Shown piece after piece: positions 13,815 to 26,782 of a stretch of DNA of 64,000 nucleotides. Numbering within the stretch: position 1 is the first letter of the stretch; the number at the start of each line of letters is the position of its first letter. A program made the translations under genes and the position numbers. The notes below the pieces were generated by a model. The model searched no databases. It saw only the letters and a program-made list of their open reading frames with translations, and had not been told where the DNA came from. The DNA is from Octopus vulgaris (Eukaryota), in the NCBI GenBank assembly GCA_951406725.2, contig OX597826.1:83142001-83206000 (forward strand), written 5' to 3'.

Positions 13815-15646
13815 ATATACACAGGAAACACACAAAAAATATCTATAAAATATAGAAAAGAATAAAAGATAATGAATAAAGGATAATGATCAATCCAAAA
13901 ACAACTTCACTGATTCATCAACTATCACAAAAAAAACAATACTTGTATTCACTGATGTGTCTTTGTGAGTCACAGTGTGTATAATTGGGCGTTTAAGTAC
14001 ATATATATGCGTACGTGTGTGTGTTATGCGTATTGTATGTGTGTGTGTGTGTGTGTGTTGAAAAATATAAAGTATGTAAATCGAACAGGAAACTCGGTGT
14101 TGCATAATCTGAGTTTCAAAGTGTTCTCGAACGCAATATATATACACCCTCTGTATAATATAGTTATAGTTTTGTTTCTTAGTTATGAAAAATTCTTCAT
14201 TGAAAATGCTGCTATGCACCTTTTGCCCAGACTATTGGAACCAATGTCTATTTGATTTCTGCCAGGCATCGTTGTATGCTCTTTGGTGAGACGCAGTATT
14301 CTGTAAATCCCAGAAGGTAAATCTGGATGAAAGGTAAATTTATCTCCGGAAAGATTTAAATTCGTAAATCTGCTCTTGGAGAATTCCTTTCTCTTTTCCA
14401 CGATGTTGTCCACAGCTTGAGACCTGTGACATCGAAGGCATTGGCATTGATATGCAAATAACCAAAAATAAACTACTGCAACGTATCCCATTCCATGTTC
14501 TGGCATTTTCACCAATCTTCCATCTTGCACTGGTACCAAAGAAAAGTGAGGTTAACTTCGATTGGATTTGAACTCATAGCGCAGAGCTGGAACGAATACC
14601 AAAAGGGTCTCTGTCCGGTGTTCTAATGATTCATCCAATTTGCTCCTTGACGATGAATGTCAATATATGCCTCGATGGATTATGACCCCCTACTCTTTTC
14701 AACCAGGTCCCCAGTTTCCCTAAAATGTATGTTATCCATCTTTGTACCGTTCTTGTTATTCACACTATTCCAAAAATAAAATAATAATAAAAATCAAATT
14801 CCTTAAAGACCCGACTTTTAGTCAGAAGGATACAGCCTGATAGTCTGTACCCATTTTCAAATTTGACCAACATCTTTTATTAATAGGTTTTCGAAGATCA
14901 GATACTAAATCCTACTAGTTTGAGATATTGGTTTGGTATTTATTTCTCCGTCGAAACTATAAATGTTAAGTTCTATCAACGAAATCTTGGGAATACGTCA
15001 GTTTAGATTTACTGTGTCGAATACAACTGAAATTTTAATATTCTAAAATTTCCATTGTATTCTTATTTCCTTTCAAGACCCTGTTCGCACTGCATACACA
15101 CGTACATATATACACGTGTGTACTTGCATTTATATACCTCGACATAGAAATGTTGAGCTGTATAAATATTTATGTGTGTGCATGTCTAATGGTGTGTGTC
15201 AGCATGTATGTGTTCCTGAGTATAAATATTCCTGTGTTTTGAAGTGCGGGAACAACATTAAAGGATTTTTTGATTCGAAACCAAAGGGTGAGTGTTGATA
15301 TTTGTTTTCCCTGTGTATGACACAAAGAAAGAGAGAGGGGAAGAGAGACTCTGGGGTTGCGAAGTTGAGAGAAAGTGCCCAATATATATATGGCAGACTT
15401 TATTAGTTATTTACAGTAAGAGATATCGAACTGTTATATATAATTGTGTGACTGGGAGGGGGTGTTGCCTCTAAACTCGCAATTTATATCTCGAGAGACA
15501 GATGAAACATAAAGAGGAAACTAGGTGGACGAATGAAAACTGTGTGGAAGATTGTGTATGCAAACACACGTACACGGAGGGTGGGAAAGATAATGGTTCA
15601 CTATGGCGTTGATGCTGGTGCATACATACATACATTACATATATAG

Positions 15647-15694
<48 letters not shown>

Positions 15695-15785
15695 ATATGA
15701 AGACACATATTCGTTCATACAAATGCACACACACGATATATAAGCGAACATATGTACACTGAGAAAGAAAGTGAGAAAGAGAGAG

Positions 15786-15825
<40 letters not shown>

Positions 15826-15880
15826 TGTGTGTGTGTGAGTGTGTGCGTGCGTGTGTGTGTGTGTGCGTGCGTGCATGGTG
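13815..15880. repeat. Copy 1 of 2.07-kb direct duplication
   Basis: Same sequence as 15981-18050 at offset 2166; ORF track repeats exactly; visible differences limited to microsatellite lengths near the end. Confidence 0.95.
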
Positions 15881-15980
15881 NNNNNNNNNNNNNNNNNNNN
15901 NNNNNNNNNNNNNNNNNNNNNNNNNNNNNNNNNNNNNNNNNNNNNNNNNNNNNNNNNNNNNNNNNNNNNNNNNNNNNNNN
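15881..15980. other. Assembly gap (100 N)
   Basis: Run of 100 n. Confidence 1.
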
Positions 15981-17812
15981 ATATACACAGGAAACACACA
16001 AAAAATATCTATAAAATATAGAAAAGAATAAAAGATAATGAATAAAGGATAATGATCAATCCAAAAACAACTTCACTGATTCATCAACTATCACAAAAAA
16101 AACAATACTTGTATTCACTGATGTGTCTTTGTGAGTCACAGTGTGTATAATTGGGCGTTTAAGTACATATATATGCGTACGTGTGTGTGTTATGCGTATT
16201 GTATGTGTGTGTGTGTGTGTGTGTTGAAAAATATAAAGTATGTAAATCGAACAGGAAACTCGGTGTTGCATAATCTGAGTTTCAAAGTGTTCTCGAACGC
16301 AATATATATACACCCTCTGTATAATATAGTTATAGTTTTGTTTCTTAGTTATGAAAAATTCTTCATTGAAAATGCTGCTATGCACCTTTTGCCCAGACTA
16401 TTGGAACCAATGTCTATTTGATTTCTGCCAGGCATCGTTGTATGCTCTTTGGTGAGACGCAGTATTCTGTAAATCCCAGAAGGTAAATCTGGATGAAAGG
16501 TAAATTTATCTCCGGAAAGATTTAAATTCGTAAATCTGCTCTTGGAGAATTCCTTTCTCTTTTCCACGATGTTGTCCACAGCTTGAGACCTGTGACATCG
16601 AAGGCATTGGCATTGATATGCAAATAACCAAAAATAAACTACTGCAACGTATCCCATTCCATGTTCTGGCATTTTCACCAATCTTCCATCTTGCACTGGT
16701 ACCAAAGAAAAGTGAGGTTAACTTCGATTGGATTTGAACTCATAGCGCAGAGCTGGAACGAATACCAAAAGGGTCTCTGTCCGGTGTTCTAATGATTCAT
16801 CCAATTTGCTCCTTGACGATGAATGTCAATATATGCCTCGATGGATTATGACCCCCTACTCTTTTCAACCAGGTCCCCAGTTTCCCTAAAATGTATGTTA
16901 TCCATCTTTGTACCGTTCTTGTTATTCACACTATTCCAAAAATAAAATAATAATAAAAATCAAATTCCTTAAAGACCCGACTTTTAGTCAGAAGGATACA
17001 GCCTGATAGTCTGTACCCATTTTCAAATTTGACCAACATCTTTTATTAATAGGTTTTCGAAGATCAGATACTAAATCCTACTAGTTTGAGATATTGGTTT
17101 GGTATTTATTTCTCCGTCGAAACTATAAATGTTAAGTTCTATCAACGAAATCTTGGGAATACGTCAGTTTAGATTTACTGTGTCGAATACAACTGAAATT
17201 TTAATATTCTAAAATTTCCATTGTATTCTTATTTCCTTTCAAGACCCTGTTCGCACTGCATACACACGTACATATATACACGTGTGTACTTGCATTTATA
17301 TACCTCGACATAGAAATGTTGAGCTGTATAAATATTTATGTGTGTGCATGTCTAATGGTGTGTGTCAGCATGTATGTGTTCCTGAGTATAAATATTCCTG
17401 TGTTTTGAAGTGCGGGAACAACATTAAAGGATTTTTTGATTCGAAACCAAAGGGTGAGTGTTGATATTTGTTTTCCCTGTGTATGACACAAAGAAAGAGA
17501 GAGGGGAAGAGAGACTCTGGGGTTGCGAAGTTGAGAGAAAGTGCCCAATATATATATGGCAGACTTTATTAGTTATTTACAGTAAGAGATATCGAACTGT
17601 TATATATAATTGTGTGACTGGGAGGGGGTGTTGCCTCTAAACTCGCAATTTATATCTCGAGAGACAGATGAAACATAAAGAGGAAACTAGGTGGACGAAT
17701 GAAAACTGTGTGGAAGATTGTGTATGCAAACACACGTACACGGAGGGTGGGAAAGATAATGGTTCACTATGGCGTTGATGCTGGTGCATACATACATACA
17801 TTACATATATAG

Positions 17813-17860
<48 letters not shown>

Positions 17861-17953
17861 ATATGAAGACACATATTCGTTCATACAAATGCACACACAC
17901 GATATATAAGCGAACATATGTACACTGAGAAAGAAAGTGAGAAAGAGAGAGAG

Positions 17954-17993
<40 letters not shown>

Positions 17994-18050
17994 TGTGTGT
18001 GTGTGTGAGTGTGTGCGTGCGTGTGTGTGTGTGTGCGTGCGTGCATGGTG
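15981..18050. repeat. Copy 2 of 2.07-kb direct duplication
   Basis: Starts immediately after the gap with ATATACACAGGAAACAC, as at 13815. Confidence 0.95.
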
Positions 18051-18295
18051 TGCGGCTGTATAGATTTTCAAGTGTAGATTTGAATGATACGAGAGCGAGA
18101 GAGAGAGACGGTGTTTTATTTGCGTTGCCAACTAGCAGTGCTGTCACCATTAGCAATTGTATCGAAACGGTCTGGGAGACAAATTGAACCTGTTCTTTCA
18201 TATCTCTCTCAATAAACACAGTAACTATATCTCAATTACCACCAGGGGTGATATTATCATTCATTTGTATTATTTCACTAATCGCTTACATTAAA

Positions 18296-18296
<1 letters not shown>

Positions 18297-18349
<53 letters not shown>

Positions 18350-18475
18350 AACACACACACACACATTTCAGACAAAACTTACCGCATGAGTGTATATTTA
18401 TATAAGCTTATAAATTTTATGTATGCATGTGTATTTTTGTGTGTATACATACATATATGCATAGATATATACATA

Positions 18476-18542
<67 letters not shown>

Positions 18543-18722
18543 GCGTTTATTTATATATATGTATATGTCCATTGAACACATATACATAGGTAAATACAAC
18601 TTACACATTCGTAAGTATACATGCATATTCATAATCATTCTTGTGTGTGTGTACTTATATATAAATGTGTGTGTGTGTGTGTGTGTATACAGACACAGAG
18701 ATTGATGTAGATAGATAGATTG

Positions 18723-18790
<68 letters not shown>
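18297..18790. repeat. (CA)n/(TA)n/(TG)n microsatellite cluster
   Basis: Directly visible. Confidence 0.9.
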
Positions 18791-19223
18791 GTATATGTAT
18801 GTACGGTCACAACAAATATATACACAATCTCAGCAATCACGCAAACCTATAATGATGGCCAATATATAAAGTTTTTCATGATATAACCCCACCTATAGAA
18901 ATGTTTAGCAAACGCCATTTCCGTAGTAAATATCCCGGATTTCTGCTACAATAATTTCTACCAAGAGATTGCCTATTGTGGCTATTAATGGTGTCAGTCT
19001 GTTATTTCCTATCTATTTTGTTAAAATACATATCAATACCAAACCGATTCCTTGCATAACGCAACTACCCATGATAGTTAAAATGACTCTCGTGAATAAC
19101 ATCCTATTTATATTTTCAAAAGAGCATTTTGGTATGGAGCAAACGCCGATCCTTCTGTTGCTGTTAACGCGACTTTTACTTTGTAGTTCAGCTTAAGTTA
19201 ATGTCTTGCTTTGGAAAGAAGAA

Positions 19224-19286
<63 letters not shown>

Positions 19287-19614
19287 TAAGGTTTTCAGAG
19301 GAAGCCTTTATCACCGTTCTCAAATACAGCTTAAAGAGGAAAGTTTAGACAGAAATGAAGGTTTCTATCTTCGAATGAAATTTCGGTGAAAGTTGGTTGT
19401 TTGTCCTGGGAGAAGACACTTGCGCTTCCGTCAGCAAAATCCAAGATTTTATAAGAAGAATCCTAAATCACATTCCACTTTTCCTTTCCATTTTGTGGAA
19501 TCCTTCTTTTTGTATTTTTCGTTGTTCTTTATTGTTGTGGCTGTTAATTATTTGTTTTAATCATTCGCTTTTCTTCATATCCCTAACATCTTGGCCAAGC
19601 AAAAGAAATTCCTG

Positions 19615-19815
19615 ATGGCGGACTGACAGAATTGTTTGCACGTCGGTCAAAAATGTTTAACGTCATTTCTTCCGACTAATTACGTTCTGAGATCAAATTC
19701 CACCGAGGTCGACTTTACCTCTCCCACTTTCAGTGTTGGTAAAATAAGTGCCAGTAGAGCTTTGGTATAAGCGACTAACCCCTAACATTGCTGGCCTTGT
19801 TCCAAAATTTGAAGC
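19615..19815 (+). mobile_element. tRNA-derived SINE family A
   Basis: GGCGGACTGACAGAATTGTTTGCACGTCGG..TACGTTCTGAGATCAAATTCCACCGAGGTCGACTTTACC..ATTGCTGGCCTTGT. Confidence 0.8.
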
Positions 19816-19839
19816 AGTTGTTACTGCTGATGATGTTAC

Positions 19840-20530
19840 TGTTATTCAGTGGATTTCTTCAATATTTTTCCTTACATTCTTTCACTGCCCCACCGAGGAC
19901 AACCCTGTGATCCTTGGTTTCTTTAGTTTTTAATTTTTCTGTTGTTGACAACACACCATGCAATGTAGGATCATTTTTCAATTTCTTAGAGAGTACATGA
20001 TGTTGCGAGTCAAATATTGAGTAGGAAGCATTTCCCTTCCTGATGCTATTCATAACAATAAACGGCCGAGTACTTCTCGTTACTTCGTCTGGATTTACCG
20101 AAAATGGCCGCTTTGCCATTGTTTGAAACCCTTTCTGTTATATACATATATTTCTTTTCTCTCGGTATTTCAGAATGATTGTATAACTTCCAGTGTATGA
20201 AAGATGCTGTCAAGCTGTAAACATGTTCTTTTCAGCTAAGCTTTGGCAACGAGAGACAATTTCTTTAATTGCTTCTGCCGAATCCCAGCACAAAATATCC
20301 TGTAATTAATTAATGTATTCTATTTAATTACATGCTTTGCTGCTTTCTTGACGCAATCTATTCATCCTATTCTGCTATCAAGAAAGCTTCTGTCCCAGTC
20401 TGGGGACTCGGGCTTCTTAGCCACGGTGGCAATTTTCCTTCTCTTTTCTTACTCTACCCATTTTATCCCGATGTGGGCCATAGAAGAGTTTTCATTGCCA
20501 TTGCTTTAGTTTTACATCTATAACCTCCTT
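19840..20530 (-). mobile_element. Old R4/Dong-clade fragment (post-RT region, Zn-knuckle position, RLE)
   Basis: Minus strand: WLRSPSPQTGTEAFLIAE*DE (cf. WL..LK.ETEGFLIAAQDQ), YRIF..SAEAIKEIVSRCQSLAEK (cf. CR.C...ETI.HI.S.C..LA), IHWKLYNH, TRPFIV (RPD position), VVLGG. Confidence 0.7.
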
Positions 20531-20601
20531 TTAGTTGTTTTGTGTTTATGATTTATGTTTTTCATTCTCCATTATTCCACCCAAAAAAATATTATAATAA
20601 T

Positions 20602-20640
<39 letters not shown>

Positions 20641-20641
<1 letters not shown>

Positions 20642-20946
20642 TGAACAGCTACGACGATTTAAAGTGGGAAATAGGAAGGTTGTGGTCAATGAAGAGAGTA
20701 GACGTGATGCCAATAGTAATTGGTGCACTTGGAAGTATCAGCACTCAGCTACCAACATGGCTGAAGAAGTTGGTACAAGTGTGAAGGTAGAACACCTACA
20801 ATAATTAGCATTGCTTGGAACTGCATGAATTCTTCGCAGGTTTTTTGAAGCATGACCAGTAAACAAGTGTCACCTTAGTCTGCTGGCTGTGGACACTTGA
20901 CACTTTCCATCTTACCCAGCAAGATAAGCTGTGAGTTTTCATATAA
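20641..20946 (+). mobile_element. R4/Dong-clade 3' fragment directly after (AAT)n
   Basis: YDDLKWEIGRLWSMKRVDVMPIVIGALGSI..VEHLQ*LALLGTA*ILRRFFEA* followed by 3' UTR. Confidence 0.85.
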
Positions 20947-21615
20947 ACCCGAAGGCATCATCGAAAATGATAATGTAAAGATCCTCTGAGATTTTATTAT
21001 TCAATGCGACCATGAGATAGAGAATATGAAACCAGACCTAATGTTAATTGAGAAAGAAAGCAAACGATGTTGGATCATAGATATAATATACCCAGCTGAC
21101 AACAAGGTATTAGAAAAGGAAGAAAGAAAAGTTGAGAGATATGACAGGTTAGCTTGGAAGGATAAGCAGTTGTGGTCGCTGAAAAAGGTGGTAGTAGTAC
21201 CAATAATTGTCGGTGCCCTGGGAACAGTGAGTAAAAATCTTGAGAAGTACATGGAACAAATAGGGGCTGCAATAAGAGTGGAGCACTTACAGAAAACAGT
21301 ACTGCTTGGAACCGCTCGAATACTCCGGAAGGTACTCGAAAAATAAGAGGTGTTACCGTAGTTCACTGGAAGTGAACAACTGACACCACTGTACAAGGAT
21401 TCAAACTACACGCAGTGAAAAATAGTAAAAAATCTTGTTGAAGAAAGATTGAAACCACATGAAGTGGAAAATATTAAAAATCCTGTTGACGAAGGTTTCG
21501 AACACACGCAAGATACAACAGAGGCGATGGAGGTTTCGCAAGATACAGCAATGGTAGCGAGGATTCTAATTTCACTCAATCCACAACAGAGGGACACAGA
21601 AAAAAAATAATAATA
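20947..21615 (+). mobile_element. R4/Dong-clade 3' fragment (different subfamily), RLE domain plus 3' UTR
   Basis: PEGIIENDNVKIL*DFIIQCDHEIENMKPDLMLIEK..CWIIDI..KEERKVERYDRL..LWSLKKVVVVPIIVGALGTV..VEHLQKTVLLGTARILRKVLEK* (ORF 21026-21346); ends AAAAAAATAATAAT. Confidence 0.9.
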
Positions 21616-21829
21616 TTGTGCACAGAAAATATATATGTATAGAAGTCCGTTTGAAGGATTTTAGTGAGGTCGCTATGTGATGGTAGCGCTACTGGTAAGA
21701 ATGTAGAGCAAGTACTACCTGGGGCATTCTAGAGAAAAAATAAGTCTGTGTGTGGAAGAAAAAAATGGAATATGAAAACAATATATAATAATGCTGTATG
21801 AAGAAAAAAATCTCAAAAGGGGAGGTGCT

Positions 21830-22910
21830 GTGGGGGGAGACCCCAAGTGAGAGAAATGGGCTGTTCCACCACAAATATATAGTGGACAGGCATAACGAGT
21901 GGTGGCAGGCGCCGCGCTACGCGACTTCGAAAAGAACATGTGTTGTTCAGTGTTGGATTTTTATCGTTACGGTGGGAGGGGCGAGGGTTGCAGTGAGCAG
22001 TGGAAGAGTTGCAAACACGTGTCGGGAGCTGCGCTTCAGTGGCCGGTCGAGGTGGAGGTGGGGAGGTTGCGGCTGCTGTGAGACGGTTGGAGGTCGGGGA
22101 GGGGCCTGTCGACTTTGAAATGGTAAGAAGCGGGTGGAAGTTGGTTTGGAGGAGGGCCAGGATGTAACAGGAGGTGGGGAGAGAGTGGTAGGTTGTGGAA
22201 CCCTGTCACTGACAGACAGGAAGATGGAGGTGTCTGGCGGGGAGGCGATGAAAGGGTGCTTGCAGGAGGTGACACGTGGCATTGAGTTCTGCTGCAGAGG
22301 AGGAGGGTTTGGTGCAGTAGAGTGCGCTTCCCTGCTGTGGGGGCGAGCAGGGAAGTACTCCACTATGGCATTGAGAGGAGCGGGGTGGGTGCGCCTACCA
22401 GCGTGTCCCGGGAGGGGGCGAGAATAGGGATTGGCGGTGTGCCCCCTGAGATTGATGAGATGTGGCTGCTGGCAGCAGTCTTGGTGGAAGCAGAGGAGGA
22501 CCCGGAACTGCTGCAGGTGGGCCACGCCGAGCAGTTGAACTGGTGGGGATGTAGCCTGGAAGTCGTTATCCGGGCCGCCTCACTGGACCTGTAGGAGGTT
22601 GACGAAAAGATGGAGTTGCCAGAGGATGTGAGGCTGCGAGTGGTAGTGGAGCGGGAAGGCCGCCATACTGCCGCTTCAGAGGGAGAAGCTACGTTGGGGC
22701 GAGTTGTCACCTTCTTAGCAGCCAGGTGCCGGTGGAGGAGATGCAGGAAGGGAGTGGCAGAGGCGGGGAATCAGGAGAATGTGCGGAGGAGGTGAATGTG
22801 GAAGGCAGAGATAGGGGATCCGGGAGGTGCAGAATGGAAGGAGGAGGGACATTGGGAGCTCCCCACCCCGAGGAACTCAAGGGCGAGTAGGGGAGGGAAG
22901 TAAGTACCAT
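21830..22910 (-). mobile_element. GC-rich remnant of probable I/Nimb-group LINE: degenerate gag-like ORF1 and start of ORF2
   Basis: Sharp GC rise. ATG at 22910, then a Pro/Ser-rich N-terminus. Frame-switching pattern AH..SSQC.S...PH.REAHS....P.LQ.E...ARH resembles decayed CCHC knuckles and the post-knuckle helix of I-group ORF1. Downstream LWWNS (about 21865) sits where the APE 'QWN' start is expected. Confidence 0.45.
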
Positions 22911-22924
22911 AAGTACCCGCGCTG

Positions 22925-23168
22925 TGTGTCAAATTGCAGCAAGCACACAGGAGTATCCCAGACGCCCGGAGGTCCCCAGCTGCATATGCACAGGCACGCA
23001 TAGACAGCCTAGAACCTTCGGGTAGGTATGCACAAGTAAACACAATCTCCAGATGAATACACACAAGCAGACACATAAGCATATGTTTTGTGCACCCACT
23101 TGTGCTGTTATGTCTGTCCTTGTTCGTCCCCTCTGTGTAGGCCCCACGGTGACCAATACAAGGAAAAA
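22925..23168 (+). mobile_element. Probable LINE 3'-terminal segment, tail shared with a family-A SINE
   Basis: Ends TGTCTGTCCTTGTTCGTCCCCTCTGTGTAGGCCCC..CCAATACAAGGAAAAA; a 20-nt exact match to the SINE tail at 60597-60616. Confidence 0.45.
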
Positions 23169-23379
23169 CAGACGGCGAGGTACGTCGTTCGAGCCAGTCA
23201 GGCAGATGACGAGCAGGAATATCAGTGTCGAGCAAAACACAACAGTGTATGGCAAAAGTCGGCATTACTTGGAACTGTCTGTCTGAGGTCCTCGTTGTCA
23301 CCTGACAAACAGTACAAACCCACGTAGACACAATACCTTCAATCAACAACCTCACGATATTGTATACTGCGCGACGTCT

Positions 23380-23410
<31 letters not shown>

Positions 23411-23469
23411 TATAGTCAAAATTAAAAGAAGAGTGCCATTGTCATCTAGTAATAATAATAATTATAGTT

Positions 23470-23528
<59 letters not shown>

Positions 23529-23570
23529 GGTGGTGGTGGTGGTGGTAGTAGTAGTAGTAACAACAATAAT
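23380..23570. repeat. (TAA)n, (TAG)n, (TGG)n trinucleotide arrays
   Basis: Directly visible. Confidence 0.9.
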
Positions 23571-25523
23571 ATGAGAAGAAAAAGAAATCATTTTGTGTGG
23601 AGGGGAAGCCAAAAATCATTTAGAGCAAAACCCCTGGGGCTTTACTCATCTAAGCTAGCAATCAACAGGTAAAGTTTCACGCAGGAGTAACCAAGGAATT
23701 CCACTGATACTCGATCATCCGGATTGCTAAGAACAGCAGTGGGAGGCGCCCCTCTTTCATATGTACTCTCCATCTTTCAGGTCGACTCATTCGAGCCATC
23801 TTTGCGACATTCTTCTACCTTTTAACAAATTTGCTGGGAAAGCAGCAGCTACAGCAACAACTGCAGCAACAACAGAATCGTCGAAATCGATAAGAAAAAG
23901 AAATACCTGCTGAACAGAAAACATGCGGTTAGTCCCCTTCGGGAAGGAGTAAGGGTTTTATGGAGGTGAGTGCGATGGATGAGACAAGCATGAAGATGTA
24001 TAAGGTTGGACAAGGCAACTGGTAAATGGGTGTAAGCATGGGGATATTGAATCTAAAGGGATCAAGGGAGTTTAGCAAACAACACCAGTTTATTAAGGAA
24101 GGCAGCAGGCTGAAGGCCAAGGGGTCGCAAATATGCGCAACCAATCACATATGGGGCTTCCGGCTCCAAGCAGAGGGTAATATAAAGAAAACACTTCTAC
24201 TGTCAGCGTCATAACTACAAAAACAGCAACAACAACAACAACAGCGTGCAACTGTGATAACAGCAATAGCAGCAGCAGCAGCAACAACACCAGCAGCAGC
24301 GCCAATAAAAGCAGCTACAGTAGTTACAAAACACAAAAGCAACAGCGACAACAACAACAACAGTTCCCCAAGGCATCGACAAAAGCCCTCAAAATAATTA
24401 CGCAGCAAAACACAGTTATACCGCTTCCATTCTTCACATTAGAACTTTCCGACTTGGAGATTCCGTTGTGCTACAAAGAAAAGTAGCAAGAAAAAATAGT
24501 AAGAAAAACACTCCAAAATTCCAAGAGGAAGGAGGTTGTTGCCGACCTAAAAAGGATTTATAGTCAGGAACCTTGTTACTGGAAGCACGTCATTCCCGAT
24601 GCCTAAAGCCGACAGAGGCTCCGAAGCATTTTAATTAAGAGGCCGTTGACAAGAGCAATCGCCAGCAATCGGTGGAGGGGAATTCAGAAGAGGGTGATTG
24701 GATCAGTTTTTGTAAAGATATAGCAAAAGAGAGAGAAGTGGATTAGATAGAGAATTAGTAATTTGGTAAGGTGGGGGGAGAGATTAAGAACAGCATCAGA
24801 ACCGACATGCTAGGAGCGAGATTGGCTGTCGGCCAATTCTTCAACACAAAACCCGTAGGTAGTTGTATGTTGAAGGCGCCAGCTCTGAAGCAGGAAGAAA
24901 CAAAAGTCGTCCAACGGTCTCTGGTGACAGAGATACAAAATGCCAACAAAGTAACATCGCATACAACTCAATTCGAAGAAAAAGTGCACGGTTTTTCAGT
25001 GACATTTTATTTAACTGTTCAATGTAAGAAGTGTCCCAAATAGTGTTGGACTGTTATGCCTCCTTTTAACAGCTGGCCATCGACAAGCTTAAGTGCAAGG
25101 TGTCTGGTTTCCTTCAGAAATTGGTTTTGCGGAAGCTTCTCATAAGGGGTCAAGCAAAGGTGTTTGGTCGAAAAGGCTAAGCAGTTTTTCTCTGATGCTA
25201 ATGACGAAAGTGGTGATTAAGACTGAAAAGACTAAAGAATAAAGACGTTTTTTCTAAGGTTTATTTTGGAAAGAAAAGCGAAGGTAGAGAAATTGCTGCT
25301 CCCAGTAAAATTTTTAAAAGGTGGATCAGCTTTGCTTTTCACCGTCAGAATATCAATCAAATACTGTCACGATTTAGTAGAGTAAATAAACTTTACCCTT
25401 TAAGTTTGAATGGTTGTTAGTTTTTCATAACACACCGACAGTAATAATCAATCTTGGCTCTTCGCTCTGATTCCACACGATGTGGGTAAGTAAGTGTTTC
25501 TGTTGTGAATATAGGTGTATATA

Positions 25524-26782
25524 CAGGGGTCGGAATAATTATGGAAACACCTTAAAATTTCAAGCAAATTTATTTCAATATGGGGTAGGACCGCCTTTGG
25601 CAGTAATTACAACTTGAATTCTATGAGGTATGGACTCGTACAAAGTTTGAATTGTTTCCAAAGAAATTTTTGTCCATTCTTCAGCTAAAACTGTCTCCAG
25701 TTCTTGTAGTGATGAGGGTGGAGGATATCAATTCCTTTCTTGTTTTTCTAAAATACTCCATAAATGTTCAATAATATTGAGATCTGGGGACTGTGGTGGC
25801 CAGATAAGATGTTCAACTTCACTAGAATATTCCTCGTGACATTCAGTAACAATTTTAGAGTGTGAATTGGTGCATTATCATCTTTAAAGATTGCATTTCC
25901 CTCCAGAACCATAAGATTAATTTGATCAGAGAAAATGCTTCAATAGTCTTGACTATTAATTCTGCCATGAAGTGAAACCACAGATCCGGCGGATTTCCAA
26001 GTTATAACCCCCCGGATCATCACAGATCCTCCTCCATGTTTAATAGTTGGAAGAAGGCAGTCTGGGTCAAATGCTTCTTTTGGTTGTCTCTACACGTATA
26101 CTCGGCCGGTGGTCGGAAATAAGGTAAAGGATGACTCATCCGAGAAAATAACATCCTTCCACTGCTCTAGGGACAAATTCTGTAGGTTTTTACTCCACTC
26201 TAAATGCTCTGCAACTTTTGTTTTTGAAAGTAGTGGTTTTCTGATTGCAGCCCTCCCGTGAAATCCGGCCTTTTGCAGCTCCCGGCGAACAGTTTTTGTG
26301 GAAACTGGGTTCTCGAGGTGTTCATTAAGCTCTGCAGTAACTTTGGGAGCTGTACTTTTGTGATCCTTTCTAACAATTTGTGTAAGATTCCAACAGTCTC
26401 TATCTGAAAGTTTTGGTGTACTTCTGGAGTTTGTTTCGACGAGGAGGTTTTTCACTCTTTCTCAAGGGCTGTCATTACTTTCGGGACAGTACTTCTTGAT
26501 ACACCAAACATTGCGGCTGCTTTCCATTACGCTAGCACCTGCCATACGAGCACCAACTAATTGACCTTTTTGCAAGTTCGGTAGATCTGTCATTTTAATG
26601 AGTTTTAATTACCTTTTTCTGATGATATCTGAAAAGAAGTATCAGTTTTAGCAAAACGTATTAAGCAACACTCATGATAAATCAAAAAACATAAAAATAA
26701 ACAAGCTTTTGATGGTTTTATAGATATTTCAAAATTATGATGCTATGATGCTAGGTGTCGCCATTATTTTGTCTATCTCCTA
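25524..26782 (-). mobile_element. Tc1-like DNA transposon, copy 1, defective transposase (ATG 26593 to stop 25575)
   Basis: TA-flanked ~30-bp imperfect TIRs (CAGGGGTCGGAATAATTATGGAAACACCT / AGGTGTCGCCATTATTTTGTCTATCTCCTA); MTDL..QKGQLVGARMAGASV, VSTKTVRREL..GFHGRAAIRKPLL, WKDVIFSDESSF, WPPQSPDLNIIE, GGPTPY*. Confidence 0.93.

Noticed and set aside
14183-14539. 118-aa minus-strand ORF (repeated at 16349-16705) as a duplicated gene
   Set aside because: No recognisable motif or ATG start; the second copy belongs to the probable assembly duplication
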